From contig CAVYZN010000014.1 in the NCBI GenBank assembly GCA_963773065.1, forward strand, positions 64,001 to 128,000: a stretch of DNA of 64,000 bases, given 5' to 3'. Made by a program: the position numbers and the translations under genes. Below the pieces are notes generated by a model. It had not been told where the DNA came from. It saw only the letters and a list, made by a program, of their open reading frames with translations, and did not search any database. Positions 1 to 12,274 of the stretch are shown in pieces (position 1 is the stretch's first letter; every line of letters starts with the position of its first letter). The stretch comes from an uncultured Gammaproteobacteria bacterium (lineage in GTDB: Bacteria; Pseudomonadota; Gammaproteobacteria; UBA9214).

Positions 1-875
1 GGTGGTCGAGCCCTTCGCCGAAGAATTCGACGAACTTGCCGACCACGCCCTGGCGGCGCAGCATTTCCACCACGGTCAGCACCAGGTCGGTCGCCGTCGC
101 GCCCTCCGGCAGCCGTCCGGTCAGCCTGAAACCCACCACCTGCGGTATCAGCATGGAGATGGGTTGGCCCAGCATGGCGGCCTCGGCCTCAATCCCGCCG
201 ACGCCCCAGCCGAGCACGCCGAGGCCGTTGATCATGGTGGTGTGCGAATCCGTGCCGACCAGGGTATCGGGATAGGCCTGGCGCGCACTCCCGTTCCCGG
301 CGCTGAAGACGACGCGCGCCAGATACTCGAGGTTCACCTGATGCACGATGCCGGTGTCCGGCGGCACCACCCGGAAATTCGAGAAGGCCTTCTGTCCCCA
401 CTTGAGAAAGCTGTAGCGTTCCTGGTTGCGGCGGTATTCCAGTTCGACTGTTCAAGTCGAAGGCCGCATCGGAACCGAAGCTGTCGACCTGGACGGAGTG
501 ATCGATGACCAGCTCCGCCGGCTGCAGCGGATTGATCCTGTCCGGATCGCCGCCCAGTTGCTGCATGGCATCGCGCATCGCGGCCAGATCCACCACGGCC
601 GGCACGCCGGTGAAATCCTGCATCAGGACGCGGGCCGGGCGAAAGGCGATTTCGACGGCCGGTTCGGCCTGCGGGTTCCAGTTTGCCAATGCCTCGATGT
701 CCTTGCGGGTAACCGTGACGCCGTCCTCGTGGCGCAGCAGGTTTTCGAGGAGGATCTTGAGCGACCAGGGCAGGCGCGCCACGCGGTAGTGTTGGTCCAG
801 GACGCGCAAACTGAAGAGTTCATAGACCCGCTCACCGACGCTCAGGACACCGCGCGTTGAAAAACTGTCGTTCAT
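1..875 (-). CDS. acnA: Aconitate hydratase A, N-terminal part (runs off left edge; indel near 440)
   Basis: Motifs [54 protein letters not shown]; continues in another frame with [14 protein letters not shown] and [11 protein letters not shown]. Confidence 0.95.
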
Positions 876-935
876 TAGAGTCTCCTGCGAACTTCATCAT
901 GGCTGGTCAGGGCAGTGCCCGGCGAACTGGCGGTG

Positions 936-1637
936 TTACCCGACGAAATGCCGCCATCGGGAGGCGATGATTATACATGTAAACGAAGGGCGGGGACGGG
1001 TCAACGGCCCTGGACGCAGGTCATGCAGCAATGATTCGAGCGCCTCCTGCAGGGCCTTGCGGCGCAACACGAGCGTCAGGCGCCCGCCGCCGCACTGCCG
1101 CCATAATACGGCCGCACGGATGGCCGCCAGCAGCAGGGTGCGTATCAGGTTCTGGTTGTCCGGATTTCCGAGTATCTCCGGCTTCCCGTTGACCAGCACC
1201 TGCGGACGCAGTGTGCTCACGGTCTGCTTGTAGGCAGCGGCCAGGCTGGCGATGACGTCGGGATGCGTCAGGTCGTGAAATTCGGCCAGCCCGCGGGTCC
1301 TGTCGATGGCGGCACGGATGCCGTCGAGCATGGCCCGATGCCTGGCAAGCTTGCGCTCCAGATACAGCACGGTGATGGCGTAGCGCGTCAGTTCCAGATC
1401 ACGCCGTCCCTTGTCGTTGCTGATCTGGCCGAGGGCCGTCTCCAGCCCTGACTGGATCCCTGCCAGATCACCGAAAACGGTTTCCGGGGATACCGGGTCT
1501 GTATTGAAAAGACCGGTAAGGCAGGCATTGAGGGCGACACTGTCGCGGTATCTGCCGGTCGCAATCTGCTGTACCAGCTTGACGGCCATGAACAGCCCGG
1601 CCAGGGCGATGGCGAGATGCCGCGGATTCGCTTTCAT
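936..1637 (-). CDS. hflD: High frequency lysogenization protein HflD
   Basis: ELTRYAITVLYLERKL, IRTLLLAAIRAAVLWRQCGGGR; directly downstream of mnmA; exact 3' end uncertain. Confidence 0.9.
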   Translation of the reverse strand: MKANPRHLAIALAGLFMAVKLVQQIATGRYRDSVALNACLTGLFNTDPVSPETVFGDLAGIQSGLETALGQISNDKGRRDLELTRYAITVLYLERKLARHRAMLDGIRAAIDRTRGLAEFHDLTHPDVIASLAAAYKQTVSTLRPQVLVNGKPEILGNPDNQNLIRTLLLAAIRAAVLWRQCGGGRLTLVLRRKALQEALESLLHDLRPGPLTRPRPSFTCIIIASRWRHFVG

Positions 1638-1664
1638 GACTAGGTGTTTAGCCTTGACGATCTG

Positions 1665-1807
1665 TTTACCGCAGAGACGCGGAGGACGCAGAGCGATCTC
1701 ATTCATGGAAACAAGCAGGTAGCAGGACCACAAAGCCACGCAGTATCGTTTCTAGGATTTCAACGCAAATAGTGTTTTCCCTGCGTCCTCCGCGTCTTTG
1801 CGGTGAA
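1665..1807. repeat. REP/MITE-like inverted repeat element (about 29 bp arms)
   Basis: tttaccgcagagacgcggaggacgcagag (1665-1693) is nearly the reverse complement of ccctgcgtcctccgcgtctttgcggtgaa (1779-1807); related copy at 52860-52945. Confidence 0.75.
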
Positions 1808-1820
1808 TAGTGTTGATCGC

Positions 1821-2897
1821 TTATAGGGCCGCCTCGATAACGCCGCCGCCCAGACACACCTCACCGTCGTAGAACACCACGGATTGTCCCGGCGTGACCG
1901 CGCGTTGCGGTTCCCTGAATTCGACCATACAGCCGCTACCTGAACCGCGGGTGACGAGGCAGGGCTGGTCTGGTTGGCGGTAACGGATACGGGCGGTGCA
2001 GGTGAGAGGCAGTGCCGCGGGCAGGCCGGCGATCCAGTGCAGCCGGCCGGCGCGCAGGCGCCGGTTGAACAAGGCCGGGTGATTCCCCCCCTGGACGACG
2101 CGCAGGATATTGTTCCGCGGGTCCTTATCCGCGACATACCACGGTTCACCCGCCGACGCCTTTCTACCGCCGATACCCAGCCCCTGCCTCTGGCCGATGG
2201 TATGGAACATCAGTCCCTGGTGTTCGCCGATGATCTCATCATTCAGCGTCCTGATTTCCCCCGGCCGTCTCGGCAGGTAGCGCTCCAGGAATTCCCGGAA
2301 TCTGCGTTCCCCGATGAAACAGATTCCGGTGCTGTCCTTTTTGCCATGATTCTGAAATCCCGCCCGCGCAGCCAGCTCGCGCACCGCCGTCTTCTCCAGG
2401 TGACCAATGGGGAACAGGCTGCGTTCGAGCTGTGGCTGGTTCAGGGTATGCAGAAAGTAGGTCTGGTCCTTCTTCCTGTCCGCGGCTCTCAACAGGCGGA
2501 CCGCGCCGTCCTTGTCAACCCGGGCATAATGGCCGGTCGCGATGGCGTCGGCGCCGTGAGCCAGCGCGTAATCGAGAAAGGCGCGGAATTTGATTTCCTG
2601 GTTGCACAGGATATCGGGATTGGGCGTGCGCCCGGCCTGATATTCATCCAGGAAGTGTCTGAATACGCGGTTCCAGTATTCCGCCGAGAAGCTGACCGTC
2701 TGTAACTCGATATCCAGCCGTTCGCAGATGGCGCGGGCATCCTGCAGGTCCTGCTCAGCCGGACAGTAAGCGTCATCGTCATCGTCATCCCAGTTCTTCA
2801 TGAAGACGGCCGTCACCTGGTGGCCGGCCCGCTTGAGCAGCAGCGCAGCGACCGCGGAGTCCACGCCGCCGGACAATCCAACCGCGATCCGGCTCAT
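1821..2897 (-). CDS. mnmA: tRNA 2-thiouridylase MnmA
   Basis: [58 protein letters not shown]; true start at 2897 within the longer ORF. Confidence 0.97.
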   Translation of the reverse strand: MSRIAVGLSGGVDSAVAALLLKRAGHQVTAVFMKNWDDDDDDAYCPAEQDLQDARAICERLDIELQTVSFSAEYWNRVFRHFLDEYQAGRTPNPDILCNQEIKFRAFLDYALAHGADAIATGHYARVDKDGAVRLLRAADRKKDQTYFLHTLNQPQLERSLFPIGHLEKTAVRELAARAGFQNHGKKDSTGICFIGERRFREFLERYLPRRPGEIRTLNDEIIGEHQGLMFHTIGQRQGLGIGGRKASAGEPWYVADKDPRNNILRVVQGGNHPALFNRRLRAGRLHWIAGLPAALPLTCTARIRYRQPDQPCLVTRGSGSGCMVEFREPQRAVTPGQSVVFYDGEVCLGGGVIEAAL

Positions 2898-2931
2898 TTT
2901 CCTCTCAGGCCGGTCCCGGCGCAGGCGCCTC

Positions 2932-3536
2932 TCACTCATCATCGGGTGCGCCGCCGGCTTTCCAGACCTCAAGCCTCGCGATGTAGGGCGGCTGGCCGTT
3001 ATCCAGGAACCAGGAGTCAACGGCATACCGGTCGCCACTCGCGGTTTCCTCGATGACCGCGGTCGTGTGCGGCATGCCGACAAACAGCCCGAAACGGGTC
3101 GAACGTTCGAGAACCCGATGATGGCGCAGCAGTCCGCCACGCTCCAGCAGGCGCAGATAGGTGGTGGTGTTGGTGGATTCATCGATACAGTCGAGTTGCC
3201 CGGGTTGTCCGAAACCGGGTAGATTTCTGCCCTTATCGCGGTACGTCCCGGTATGCCGGCCGACGATGTCCTCGAAGACGGCAATGGACCGGGCAATGGC
3301 GAGGCGTTCGTCTCCCGCTGATCAATGCCGGGTGTTTGCAAGGCTGCGGTGGCCAGGCGCCATTCATCCTGCGACAGGGAATCCGTCACGATGCTGGTGC
3401 AACTGTGGTCAAAGCAGACGGAGTAGCGTTCCGGGGTCGGTTCCGTGATCTTGTCGGCAGGCATGATACCACCCGCCGCCAGAAGACCGGGCGCCAGGAA
3501 AGCCAATGACAGGATCGTGCGCCGCAGGTTATTCAA
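2932..3536 (-). CDS. Conserved hypothetical exported protein (frameshifted near 3320)
   Basis: Signal-like N-terminus and CFDHSC; the alternative frame continues [16 protein letters not shown]...PHTTAVI...[11 protein letters not shown] to a stop at 2932. Confidence 0.75.
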
Positions 3537-3975
3537 TGTCCGCGAGCACCGAAAGCGGATAGCGGGCTCCCGCGAGGTAGTCTTCTATCGATTTCAACAC
3601 CAGCGGACTGCGCAGCTTCTCGGGCTGCCCGCGAATTTCGCCGGCGCTCAACCAGAGAGTGCGTTCGATAGTCGCGTCAAGCTGCCGGTTGGAATCATGG
3701 CCGATACCGGAACCGGCAAAGGCCACCCGCAGATAGGTTATCCCTTTTACCGGGTGGCGCCAGCGATACATCCCGATGATCGCGGCAGGCTGGAAATGCC
3801 AGCCGGTCTCTTCGAGGGTTTCCCTGATAACGGCCGCGACCAGACTCTCGCCTTCCTCCAGGTGTCCTGCCGGTTGATTGAACACCGACCGGCCTGATTC
3901 ACGTTCCTGAACCAGGAGAAAACGCCCCCGGTGTTCAATCACGGCGGCAACGGTCACATGCGGCGTCCAAACCAT
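3529..3975 (-). CDS. nudJ: NUDIX hydrolase (NudJ-like)
   Basis: [10 protein letters not shown], Nudix box [26 protein letters not shown]; synteny with mnmA. Confidence 0.85.
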   Translation of the reverse strand: MVWTPHVTVAAVIEHRGRFLLVQERESGRSVFNQPAGHLEEGESLVAAVIRETLEETGWHFQPAAIIGMYRWRHPVKGITYLRVAFAGSGIGHDSNRQLDATIERTLWLSAGEIRGQPEKLRSPLVLKSIEDYLAGARYPLSVLADIE

Positions 3976-4258
3976 TTCGTATAGTTTCAATCAGTTAGGG
4001 TGCAATTATGCCATGTATATACGGGAAAAAGCCAATTACCGCGCAGATCGGGGCAATTTTCCCGTCAGCAATACCGTTGCGAAGCAGTCTGAACGGTAAA
4101 TAGGGTTGGAATTGCCACTCGCAGAACAACTCCGATTCACCTATACTTCGAACCTCATTTCGCATCGCGCGCCCCGTCCGTGGTGGTAATCTCGGTGCAT
4201 AAATGTAATGTCAAACAAACACTAAACGTTAAACATGCCTAATGAGGAGGAGTGGGTA

Positions 4259-5177
4259 ATGATAGCCATGCTGAGAAAAGCCATACTGATGGGAATTTTC
4301 TGTGTCTTGTCCGTTGGCAGCGCCATAGCGGGGGATGTCCTGATGCCTTTCGTGCTGGCTTACAAGACCACGGGTGATGTGAGTTCCGTGGCCTCGGCTG
4401 TCAAGGGCAAGCTTACCGGCGCTGGATTTGAAGTTGTCGGTGAATATTCACCTTATGCCGGTGCCGATATCATCGTGGTTACCAACGCCGCGCTGAAGGC
4501 CGCCGCCGCCAAATCCGAACGCGGTGGTTACGGGGCGGCGCAGCGCGTAGCCATCACCAAGAACGGTGATGACGTCGAGGTCACCTATACCAACCCGATC
4601 TACATGGCGGCTGTCTACCGCATGGGGAGCGACCTGGCTGACGTCCGTGCCAAGCTGCAAGGCGCGCTCGGCGCCGAGTCGGATTTCGGCTCGGAAAAGA
4701 ATCTGACCGCCGATGACCTGCGCAAATATCACTACACGGTCATGATGGAGTATTTCGATGACCCCAGCGATCTGGCCGAGTATGGCAGCCATGCTGAAGC
4801 CGTTAAGGCCGTCGAGGATGCACTGGCTGCCGGCAAGGGCGGGACCGCCAAGGTCTACCGCATCGATATTCCCGGCAAGGATGAGACCGTATTCGGCGTG
4901 GCCATGAAGGGCGTCAACGCCGAGGACTGCAGCAGTGACGAGTTCATCATGAGCCGTATCGATAAGAGCACGCCACGTCATACGGCCCACCTGCCCTATG
5001 AGATTCTGGTCAACGGCAATGCGGCTGAGGCGCTTTATGGACGTTTCCGTATCGCCATCGATTGGCCGCATCTGCCAATGGTGGCCAGCCAGACGGGTGC
5101 GACCTTTTTCAGCATCATGTGTTCACCGAATGCAATCGAAGAGGCCCTGACCAAGGCCTCCGGTGCGAGAACCGTAA
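4259..5177 (+). CDS. Exported hypothetical protein (possibly tandem DUF302-like domains)
   Basis: RBS gaggagg, signal peptide ending SAIA-G, strong codon bias; probable true stop TAA at 5175-5177 after an indel, followed by a terminator. Confidence 0.75.
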
Positions 5178-5220
5178 GCATCGATAATCTGCCGGCATGG
5201 GTACCGGCAGGCGTGGATCC

Positions 5221-5253
5221 GAAGACCCCTGCCTTCTGCAGGGGTCTTTTTTT
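5221..5253 (+). terminator. Rho-independent terminator
   Basis: aagacccctgc-cttct-gcaggggtctt followed by T-run. Confidence 0.85.
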
Positions 5254-5330
5254 GCGTGTCATCCTGTACAATTTTCCACCCTGCCGTACGAATTCATCAC
5301 TTTCCATTAAACATCGCAATGGATGGTTAC

Positions 5331-6587
5331 ATGACGTACAAAAGAATTACGATCCCGACAACTGGCGAAAGGATCCAGGTCCATGCCGACGGCTCACTGA
5401 CGGTGCCAAACCAGCCGGTCATACCCTATATCGAGGGTGATGGCATCGGGGTGGATATCACCCCGGTCATGCGCCGGGTGGTCGATGCCGTTGTGGAACG
5501 CGCCTATGCAGGGGAGCGCTCCATCGTCTGGATGGAGATCTACGCGGGAGAAAAGGCCAACGAGGTCTACGGCGAGAATACCTGGCTGCCGGATGAAACG
5601 CTGGATGCTATTCGTGATTACACGGTTGCGATCAAGGGACCGCTGACGACACCCGTCGGCGGCGGTATTCGTTCCCTGAATGTCTCACTGCGCCAGGAAT
5701 TGGATTTGTATGTCTGCCAGCGTCCGGTTCGCTATTTTGACGGCACCCCCAGTCCGCTGAAGGCGCCTGAAAAAACCGACATGGTGATTTTCCGAGAGAA
5801 TTCCGAGGACATCTACGCCGGTATCGAGTGGAAAGCCGGCAGCGCCGAAGCCAGAAAGATCATTGACTTCATGCGCAACGAGATGGGGGTCAAAAAGATC
5901 CGCTTCCCGGAAACGTCCGCGATCGGCATAAAACCGGTATCGGAAGAGGGCAGCAAGCGTCTGGTGCGCAAGGCAATCCAGTATGCCATTGATCAGGACC
6001 GTGGGTCGGTTACCCTGGTTCACAAGGGCAACATCATGAAATTCACCGAAGGCGCATTCAAGAACTGGGGTTACGAACTCGCCCAGGATGAATTCGGCGC
6101 GACGCAACTCGATAGTGGACCCTGGTGCAGACTGGATAGTCCCAAAACAGGGAAGGAGATCATCATCAAGGATGTCATCGCCGATGCCTTCCTGCAGCAG
6201 ATTCTCCTGCGCCCGGAAGATTACAGTGTCATCGCCACACTCAACCTCAATGGCGACTATATTTCCGATGCGCTTGCCGCACAGGTCGGAGGCATCGGCA
6301 TGGCGCCGGGCGCCAATCTATCCGACAGCGTCGCTCTCTTCGAGGCAACGCACGGGACTGCCCCCAAGTACGCCGGCAGGGATATGGTGAACCCCAGTTC
6401 ACTGATACTGTCTGCGGAAATGATGCTGAGGTACCTGGGATGGAACGAGGCGGCTGACAGGATCATCAGCGGTCTGTCCGGCGCTATCGCCGCCAAGACG
6501 GTGACCTATGACCTGGCGCGTCTCATGGCTGGCGCCACCACGATAAGCTGCTCCCGTTTTGGTGAAGCAATCATAGCCCACGCCTGA
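5331..6587 (+). CDS. icd: NADP-dependent isocitrate dehydrogenase
   Basis: [64 protein letters not shown]. Confidence 0.98.
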   Translation: MTYKRITIPTTGERIQVHADGSLTVPNQPVIPYIEGDGIGVDITPVMRRVVDAVVERAYAGERSIVWMEIYAGEKANEVYGENTWLPDETLDAIRDYTVAIKGPLTTPVGGGIRSLNVSLRQELDLYVCQRPVRYFDGTPSPLKAPEKTDMVIFRENSEDIYAGIEWKAGSAEARKIIDFMRNEMGVKKIRFPETSAIGIKPVSEEGSKRLVRKAIQYAIDQDRGSVTLVHKGNIMKFTEGAFKNWGYELAQDEFGATQLDSGPWCRLDSPKTGKEIIIKDVIADAFLQQILLRPEDYSVIATLNLNGDYISDALAAQVGGIGMAPGANLSDSVALFEATHGTAPKYAGRDMVNPSSLILSAEMMLRYLGWNEAADRIISGLSGAIAAKTVTYDLARLMAGATTISCSRFGEAIIAHA

Positions 6588-6634
6588 ACGGCGTGGGCGT
6601 ATGTCAGGATGCAACGCGGGAATGCGCGAGAGGG

Positions 6635-6844
6635 TTACAGATCGGCAGCTTTGATGTTTGCGGCCTGCAAACCCTTTGGACCTTCGGTGATTTCGAATTG
6701 TACTTTCTGACCCTCGTTCAGTGTCTTGTAGCCATCCATCTGAATGGCCGAGAAATGTGCAAACACATCTTCACCGCCTTCATCCGGAGAAATAAAACCA
6801 TAACCCTTGGAATTGCTGAACCACTTTACTGTACCAATTGTCAT
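6635..6844 (-). CDS. cspD: Cold-shock domain protein CspD
   Basis: [24 protein letters not shown]; divergent from clpS. Confidence 0.92.
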   Translation of the reverse strand: MTIGTVKWFSNSKGYGFISPDEGGEDVFAHFSAIQMDGYKTLNEGQKVQFEITEGPKGLQAANIKAADL

Positions 6845-7189
6845 ATCGTCCCTTCCTGAGACATGCCTCTGACGGCATGTCATCCGTCGTTCCTATCTAC
6901 AGGCATTACCGGCAGCCCCCGGTTGAGAACATCCCGGATTATCCTCCCCCTGTGGCCGGAAGCCCGGCCAGCGGCTAATAAGTTAAATGTGTCCTTTATG
7001 CTTAGTCAAGTATGCATTTGCCTTGCCGATTCATTGCGCATGTTGCAATGGTGTTTTTATTGCGCGGTATTCGGTTCTATACTATATCCAGTTACATTAT
7101 TAATTGTTTGCGCCAGATACCCTGAGATCACAAGATGCCAATCCGGGACCGATGATTTCATGTACACCTGTTAGACTGGAATTGCAGCC

Positions 7190-7510
7190 ATGACAGACGA
7201 ACACCGGAGCAATGGCGAAGAGGATGTCGCACTCAAGGAGGCCATGCCGGAAGTCAAGGAGCCACCCCTATACAAGGTGGTCCTGCTGAATGATGACTTC
7301 ACACCGATGGAATTCGTGGTCATGCTGCTGGAGAAACTGTTCGGCATGGATCGGGAGAAGGCGACACGGGTCATGTTGCACGTGCATACCCAGGGCAAGG
7401 GGGTATGCGGCATCTATACGCACGAGATTGCGGAAACCAAAGTTGCACAGGTCAATGAATATGCAAGACGCCACCAGCACCCCCTGTTATGCAGCATGGA
7501 GGAGGTCTAG
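7190..7510 (+). CDS. clpS: Clp protease adaptor ClpS
   Basis: [25 protein letters not shown]. Confidence 0.97.
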   Translation: MTDEHRSNGEEDVALKEAMPEVKEPPLYKVVLLNDDFTPMEFVVMLLEKLFGMDREKATRVMLHVHTQGKGVCGIYTHEIAETKVAQVNEYARRHQHPLLCSMEEV

Positions 7511-7531
7511 CCGGCTGACCGGGGTGCCACT

Positions 7532-9787
7532 ATGCTGAGCAAGGAACTTGAATTCACGCTGAATTTCGCCTTCAAGGACGCCCGCGAGAAGCATCATGAA
7601 TTCATGACGGTCGAGCACCTGCTTTTCGCCCTGCTAGGCAACCCTTCCGCCGTCGAAGTCTTGCGCGCCTGCGGAGCCGATCTGGAGCAGCTGAAGCGTG
7701 ATCTCGGCAGGTTCCTGGACGAAACCACACCACGGCTGGCAGTGGGGGATACACGCGAAACACAACCCACACTGGGCTTCCAACGAGTGCTGCAGCGTGC
7801 CGTCTTTCATGTTCAGTCTTCCGACAAGAATGAAGTCACCGGCGCCAATGTGCTGGTCGCCATATTCAGCGAGCAGGAATCCCAGGCGGTCTACTTTCTC
7901 AACAAAATGAATATCACCCGGCTGGATGTCGTCAATTACATCTCGCACGGGATCTCCAAGGTGCACCACCAAGCCGACGAAAATATCGATAACCCGGGTG
8001 CAGGAACCGCCACCGAGGGCGGGCAAAAACAGCCGCTGGAGAGTTTCGCGACCAACCTCAACGAACTTGCCGCCCAGGGAAAGATCGATCCGCTGATCGG
8101 GCGGCGCCCCGAAATCCGCCGCACCGTGCAGATACTGTGCCGCCGGCGCAAGAACAACCCGCTCTTCGTCGGCGAAGCCGGGGTGGGGAAGACGGCCATT
8201 GCCGAGGGACTGGCGAAAATGATCGTCGAAGGTGACGTGCCTGACGTGCTGCTCGGCAGCACCATCTATTCGCTCGATCTCGGTTCGCTGGTCGCCGGCA
8301 CGAAATATCGCGGTGATTTCGAGAAACGCCTGAAGGCGGTACTGGCGCAGTTGCGCCGGGAGCCGGGCGCGATCTTGTTTATCGACGAGATCCACACCAT
8401 CATCGGCGCCGGCGCGGCCTCGGGCGGCGTGATGGACGCTTCCAACCTGATCAAACCCATGCTCGCATCGGGTGAGTTGAAGTGCATCGGTTCCACCACC
8501 TATCAGGAATACCGCGGCATCTTCGAAAAAGACCACGCGCTGTCACGGCGTTTCCAGAAAATCGACATCAGCGAACCCAGCGTCGCGGAGACCATCGAGA
8601 TCCTGAAAGGATTGCGCCCGCGTTTTGAAGAGCACCATAACGTGAAGTATTCATCGCGGGCGCTGCGTGCGGCGGCCGAGTTGTCCGACCGTTACATCAA
8701 TGATCGTCATTTGCCGGACAAGGCCCTGGACGTGATCGACGAGGCCGGTGCCAGCCAGCGCCTGTGCGCCCCTTCGCGCCGCAAGAAAACCATCGGCGTC
8801 ACCGAAATCGAAACCATCATAGCTCAGATGGCGCGCATACCCGCCAAGACGGTCACCGTCTCCGACAAGGAGACCCTGCGCAACCTGGAGCGGGACCTCA
8901 AGATGGTCGTTTACGGACAGGACAAGGCGATCGATACCCTGGCCTCGGCAATCAAGATGTCGCGCTCCGGGCTGGGAGCGGAATCCAAACCCATCGGCTC
9001 GTTCCTGTTCGCGGGACCGAGCGGTGTCGGCAAGACCGAGGTGACCCGGCAGTTGGCACGGATCATGGGACTGGAACTGGTGCGCTTCGACATGTCGGAA
9101 TACATGGAACGGCATACGGTATCGCGCCTGATCGGCGCACCGCCGGGATACGTCGGTTATGACCAGGGCGGCCTGCTCACCGAGTCCATCAGCAAGAACC
9201 CGCATGTCGTACTGCTACTCGATGAAATCGAGAAGGCGCATCCGGATGTCTTCAATCTGCTGCTCCAGGTAATGGATCACGGCACATTGACCGACAACAA
9301 CGGTCGCAAAGCGGACTTCAGAAATGTCGTGCTGGTCATGACGACGAATGCCGGGGCGCAGGAGATGAGCCGGCCATCGATCGGGTTCACGACACAGGAT
9401 CACTCCACCGACGGGATGGAAGCCATCCGCCGCCTGTTCACCCCAGAATTCCGCAACCGCCTGGATGCCATCGTCCAGTTCAATGCACTCGATCCGACCG
9501 TCATCACCCAGGTGGTGGACAAATTCATCTTTGAACTCGAGGCGCAGTTGCAGGAACAGCAGGTAACCATCGAGGTCGATGAGGCAGCCCGCCTGTGGCT
9601 TGCCCAACATGGCTATGACCCGAAGATGGGTGCGCGCCCCATGGCGCGCATCATCCAGCAACACATCAAGAAGCCGCTGGCGGAGGAATTATTGTTTGGC
9701 CGGTTGGCGCACGGCGGGCACTTGGTGATACGCGAGGTCGGTGGCAGCCTGATCTTTGATATCGAGGAGAAGGAATGCGTGCACTGA
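7532..9787 (+). CDS. clpA: ATP-dependent Clp protease ATP-binding subunit ClpA
   Basis: Two AAA modules ([16 protein letters not shown]), RRRKNNP, follows clpS. Confidence 0.98.
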   Translation: MLSKELEFTLNFAFKDAREKHHEFMTVEHLLFALLGNPSAVEVLRACGADLEQLKRDLGRFLDETTPRLAVGDTRETQPTLGFQRVLQRAVFHVQSSDKNEVTGANVLVAIFSEQESQAVYFLNKMNITRLDVVNYISHGISKVHHQADENIDNPGAGTATEGGQKQPLESFATNLNELAAQGKIDPLIGRRPEIRRTVQILCRRRKNNPLFVGEAGVGKTAIAEGLAKMIVEGDVPDVLLGSTIYSLDLGSLVAGTKYRGDFEKRLKAVLAQLRREPGAILFIDEIHTIIGAGAASGGVMDASNLIKPMLASGELKCIGSTTYQEYRGIFEKDHALSRRFQKIDISEPSVAETIEILKGLRPRFEEHHNVKYSSRALRAAAELSDRYINDRHLPDKALDVIDEAGASQRLCAPSRRKKTIGVTEIETIIAQMARIPAKTVTVSDKETLRNLERDLKMVVYGQDKAIDTLASAIKMSRSGLGAESKPIGSFLFAGPSGVGKTEVTRQLARIMGLELVRFDMSEYMERHTVSRLIGAPPGYVGYDQGGLLTESISKNPHVVLLLDEIEKAHPDVFNLLLQVMDHGTLTDNNGRKADFRNVVLVMTTNAGAQEMSRPSIGFTTQDHSTDGMEAIRRLFTPEFRNRLDAIVQFNALDPTVITQVVDKFIFELEAQLQEQQVTIEVDEAARLWLAQHGYDPKMGARPMARIIQQHIKKPLAEELLFGRLAHGGHLVIREVGGSLIFDIEEKECVH

Positions 9788-9811
9788 GTGCAGGGTGCTT
9801 ACCCGTAGATC

Positions 9812-10030
9812 TCAGCGTGCGCGATAGGTAATCCGCGCCTTGCTCAGGTCGTAGGGCGTCATTTCAACCGTCACCTTGTCTCCCCGCAGTATACGGATGT
9901 AATGCTTTCTCATCTTTCCAGAGATATGCGCGGTCACCACGTGTCCGTTTTCCAACTGGACGCGGAACATGGTGTTGGGAAGCGTCTCGATCACGGTCCC
10001 TTCCATCTCAATCTGTTCTTCTTTTGACAT
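9812..10030 (-). CDS. infA: Translation initiation factor IF-1
   Basis: [24 protein letters not shown]...[14 protein letters not shown]. Confidence 0.99.
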   Translation of the reverse strand: MSKEEQIEMEGTVIETLPNTMFRVQLENGHVVTAHISGKMRKHYIRILRGDKVTVEMTPYDLSKARITYRAR

Positions 10031-10819
10031 AAAATCCGGTTCTTAGCACTCGATAGGCGAATTGGCGCTGCATTATACACGGAAGGTCCGGCAGGAAAAA
10101 ATTGTTATTCCGAGCGGAAACAACCACGGGAATACGGGCACTAGACCGCTTTAGCAGGTTCGCCCTTGGTTGCGTAAGCCCGTCAGAGAAATTCGCTTAG
10201 GGTTCAAAGGCCGGTTTGGGGATAAGCCTTGAAACCGGCTGCCGTCCCGACCTTGATTGGTTTCCTTGCGTGCACGGTGTGGATAATGAGGCGCGATGTT
10301 TCTACGCGCGACGGCCCGAAAAGCCACAAGGGTACCGGCTGGCATCAGGTGCTGTGTGTTCCGGTGAGTACCGGTTGATCGCGCCGGGCAACGAGTGGCC
10401 GGAATGAACATTGCGGTCTACGGGCTTCCGAGCACGACATTCGATGCGTTTCACACAAGAGACTCGGAGATAGATGGGTACGTCAAAAATTCGACAACCC
10501 TGGCTATCTCGACCACCGTACTTGTAACCACGGGATAGAGTTCCGCAGCGCTGCTGACGAGGCCTCGCAGACCCACGCTACGCTGCCGATCGGCACGGAC
10601 TCATCTCGCTGGTCGTGGTGACGTGTAAGGAGTTGCAGTGATCGCACAAGGAGATCTGCAAACGGGTGCGCCGGATTCCGATGGTATTCACGGTGGAAAG
10701 TCTGTAAGTGTCTGTGTCGCCGGCGTGGCTGTCCGTTTGGGGCGGTGAGACAGGCATTGGCAAGGTCCGGGTGCTATGCTACATAAGTGTCGCTTAATAG
10801 TATGAAGCATTGGGCTCCG

Positions 10820-12272
10820 ATGCAGGATAATAAAACGCCCCCCTCAGACAGCACGAACAAACCAGTCTCCGGTGAGCGATCATCACTCGAAGTGCTCGCC
10901 GAGAGCCGGGGTAAAGTGCGGCACTGGCTCCACACCTTAACCGCCGTGGTGTTGCTGGTAATTGCGCTTATCACGATACACGAAATCTTCGTCCTCCTGT
11001 CCTCGCCCGTATCCTCCATGCATAACGTAGTGCATATCAGCCTATTGGGCGTTGCCAGTGTATCGAGTGCCTGCCTCTGGGTGTTCTGGACCGTTTATCG
11101 TTCGTTTGGTGTGCATGAAAGTGATATTGGTGACGCGTACACCAGGCTGGATCAACTTGTGCGGGACAGGAGTCGGGAGCTGGCATCCTCCAAGTCATTG
11201 TTGGAGTCTCTGTTTGATGCTTTTCAGGACCGTATGGTTGTGGTGGCCAACGATGGACGGATCGTACACGTCAACAGGGTGGCTACAGCCGAGGCGGGGC
11301 ACGATCCGTGTGGCAAGCATTTCAGCGAAATCTTTCCCGGCTGTGATCCGAATGACGAGCGGCGTAGCGAGTTCAGGTTGATCGAGCATACCTTCCGCAC
11401 GAAGATGCCGCAGAGAAACCGGCTTGTCAGGGGGGGTAATGCATGCGTCCGTGTACTGGCCGTTGACACGTTTCCGGTAGTGAATGAGGCCGGGAATGTG
11501 CAACTCGTCGTCGAGGTGGCTCGGGATGTCACGGAGGATAAGGAAGATCAGGCGCTTGCGAGCCACTACGAAAAGATGGCCGCACTCGGGCTGCTCGCGG
11601 CGGGTGTAGCACATGATCTGGCCAACCCGCTCGCGTCCCTTTCCTCGGAGCTTCAGATGCTCAGTCAGGAAGTTGACATTGAGCGCATACGCAGATCATT
11701 GCAGACACTCGAAAGACACATCGCGCGCATCACGGCTTCCGTCCATGATATTCTGGGTTTCGCCCGGAAACGCAGCGACCGTTCGGGAAGGGCATCGGTC
11801 CATTCCGCCATTGAGGATACGTTGCGGTTGCTGCGCCATGACCCGCGGGCCAGGTCAGTACGCTTCGAGGTTGACGTTCCGCACAAAGTCCCGCCCATCG
11901 CCATGAAAGAGGATGACTTGGTACTGGTGTTGCTCAACGTCATGGTCAATGCGATCGATGCGATGCCAACGGGCGGAAAGGTTAAGGTGTCCACCCAGTC
12001 CGGCCATCAGGACCACATCGTGTTGACGGTCAAGGACACGGGCACAGGCATGGACGCCGAGACGCTGGCGAGTGCCACGCAGCCGCTTTTTACCACCAAG
12101 GCGGGCAGCGGCGGGACGGGACTGGGCCTGGCTGTGGCGAGTACACTGATGCAGCGCGTAAACGGGGGGTTATCGATTAGCAGCCGTTCCGGGACGGGGA
12201 ACGACGGTGGCGCTGAAACTCCCGTTGCGGCGCACACCCGAGTCGCGGGATCGGGCCCGGGAAAGCCACTGA
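10820..12272 (+). CDS. Membrane PAS-domain sensor histidine kinase (NtrB/ZraS-like)
   Basis: Two TM segments, PAS, H-box LAAGVAHDLANPL, N/G boxes (NAIDAM, DTGTGM, GTGLGL); correcting an indel near 12200 gives ...GTTVALKLPL...ESH* at 12272. Confidence 0.85.
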
Positions 12273-12274
12273 TC

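Noticed and set aside
1821-3536. N-terminally extended MnmA; likewise FtsK-LolA (31926-34739) and the 812-aa glpK ORF
   Set aside because: Artefacts of single-base indels joining neighbouring genes.
10031-10800. ncRNA, hammerhead (CTGACGAG near 10554) or small Cys-rich gene in the left island gap
   Set aside because: No downstream GAAA core or supporting stems; ORFs are short and interrupted; only an 8-bp inverted repeat near 10210-10240 is evident.
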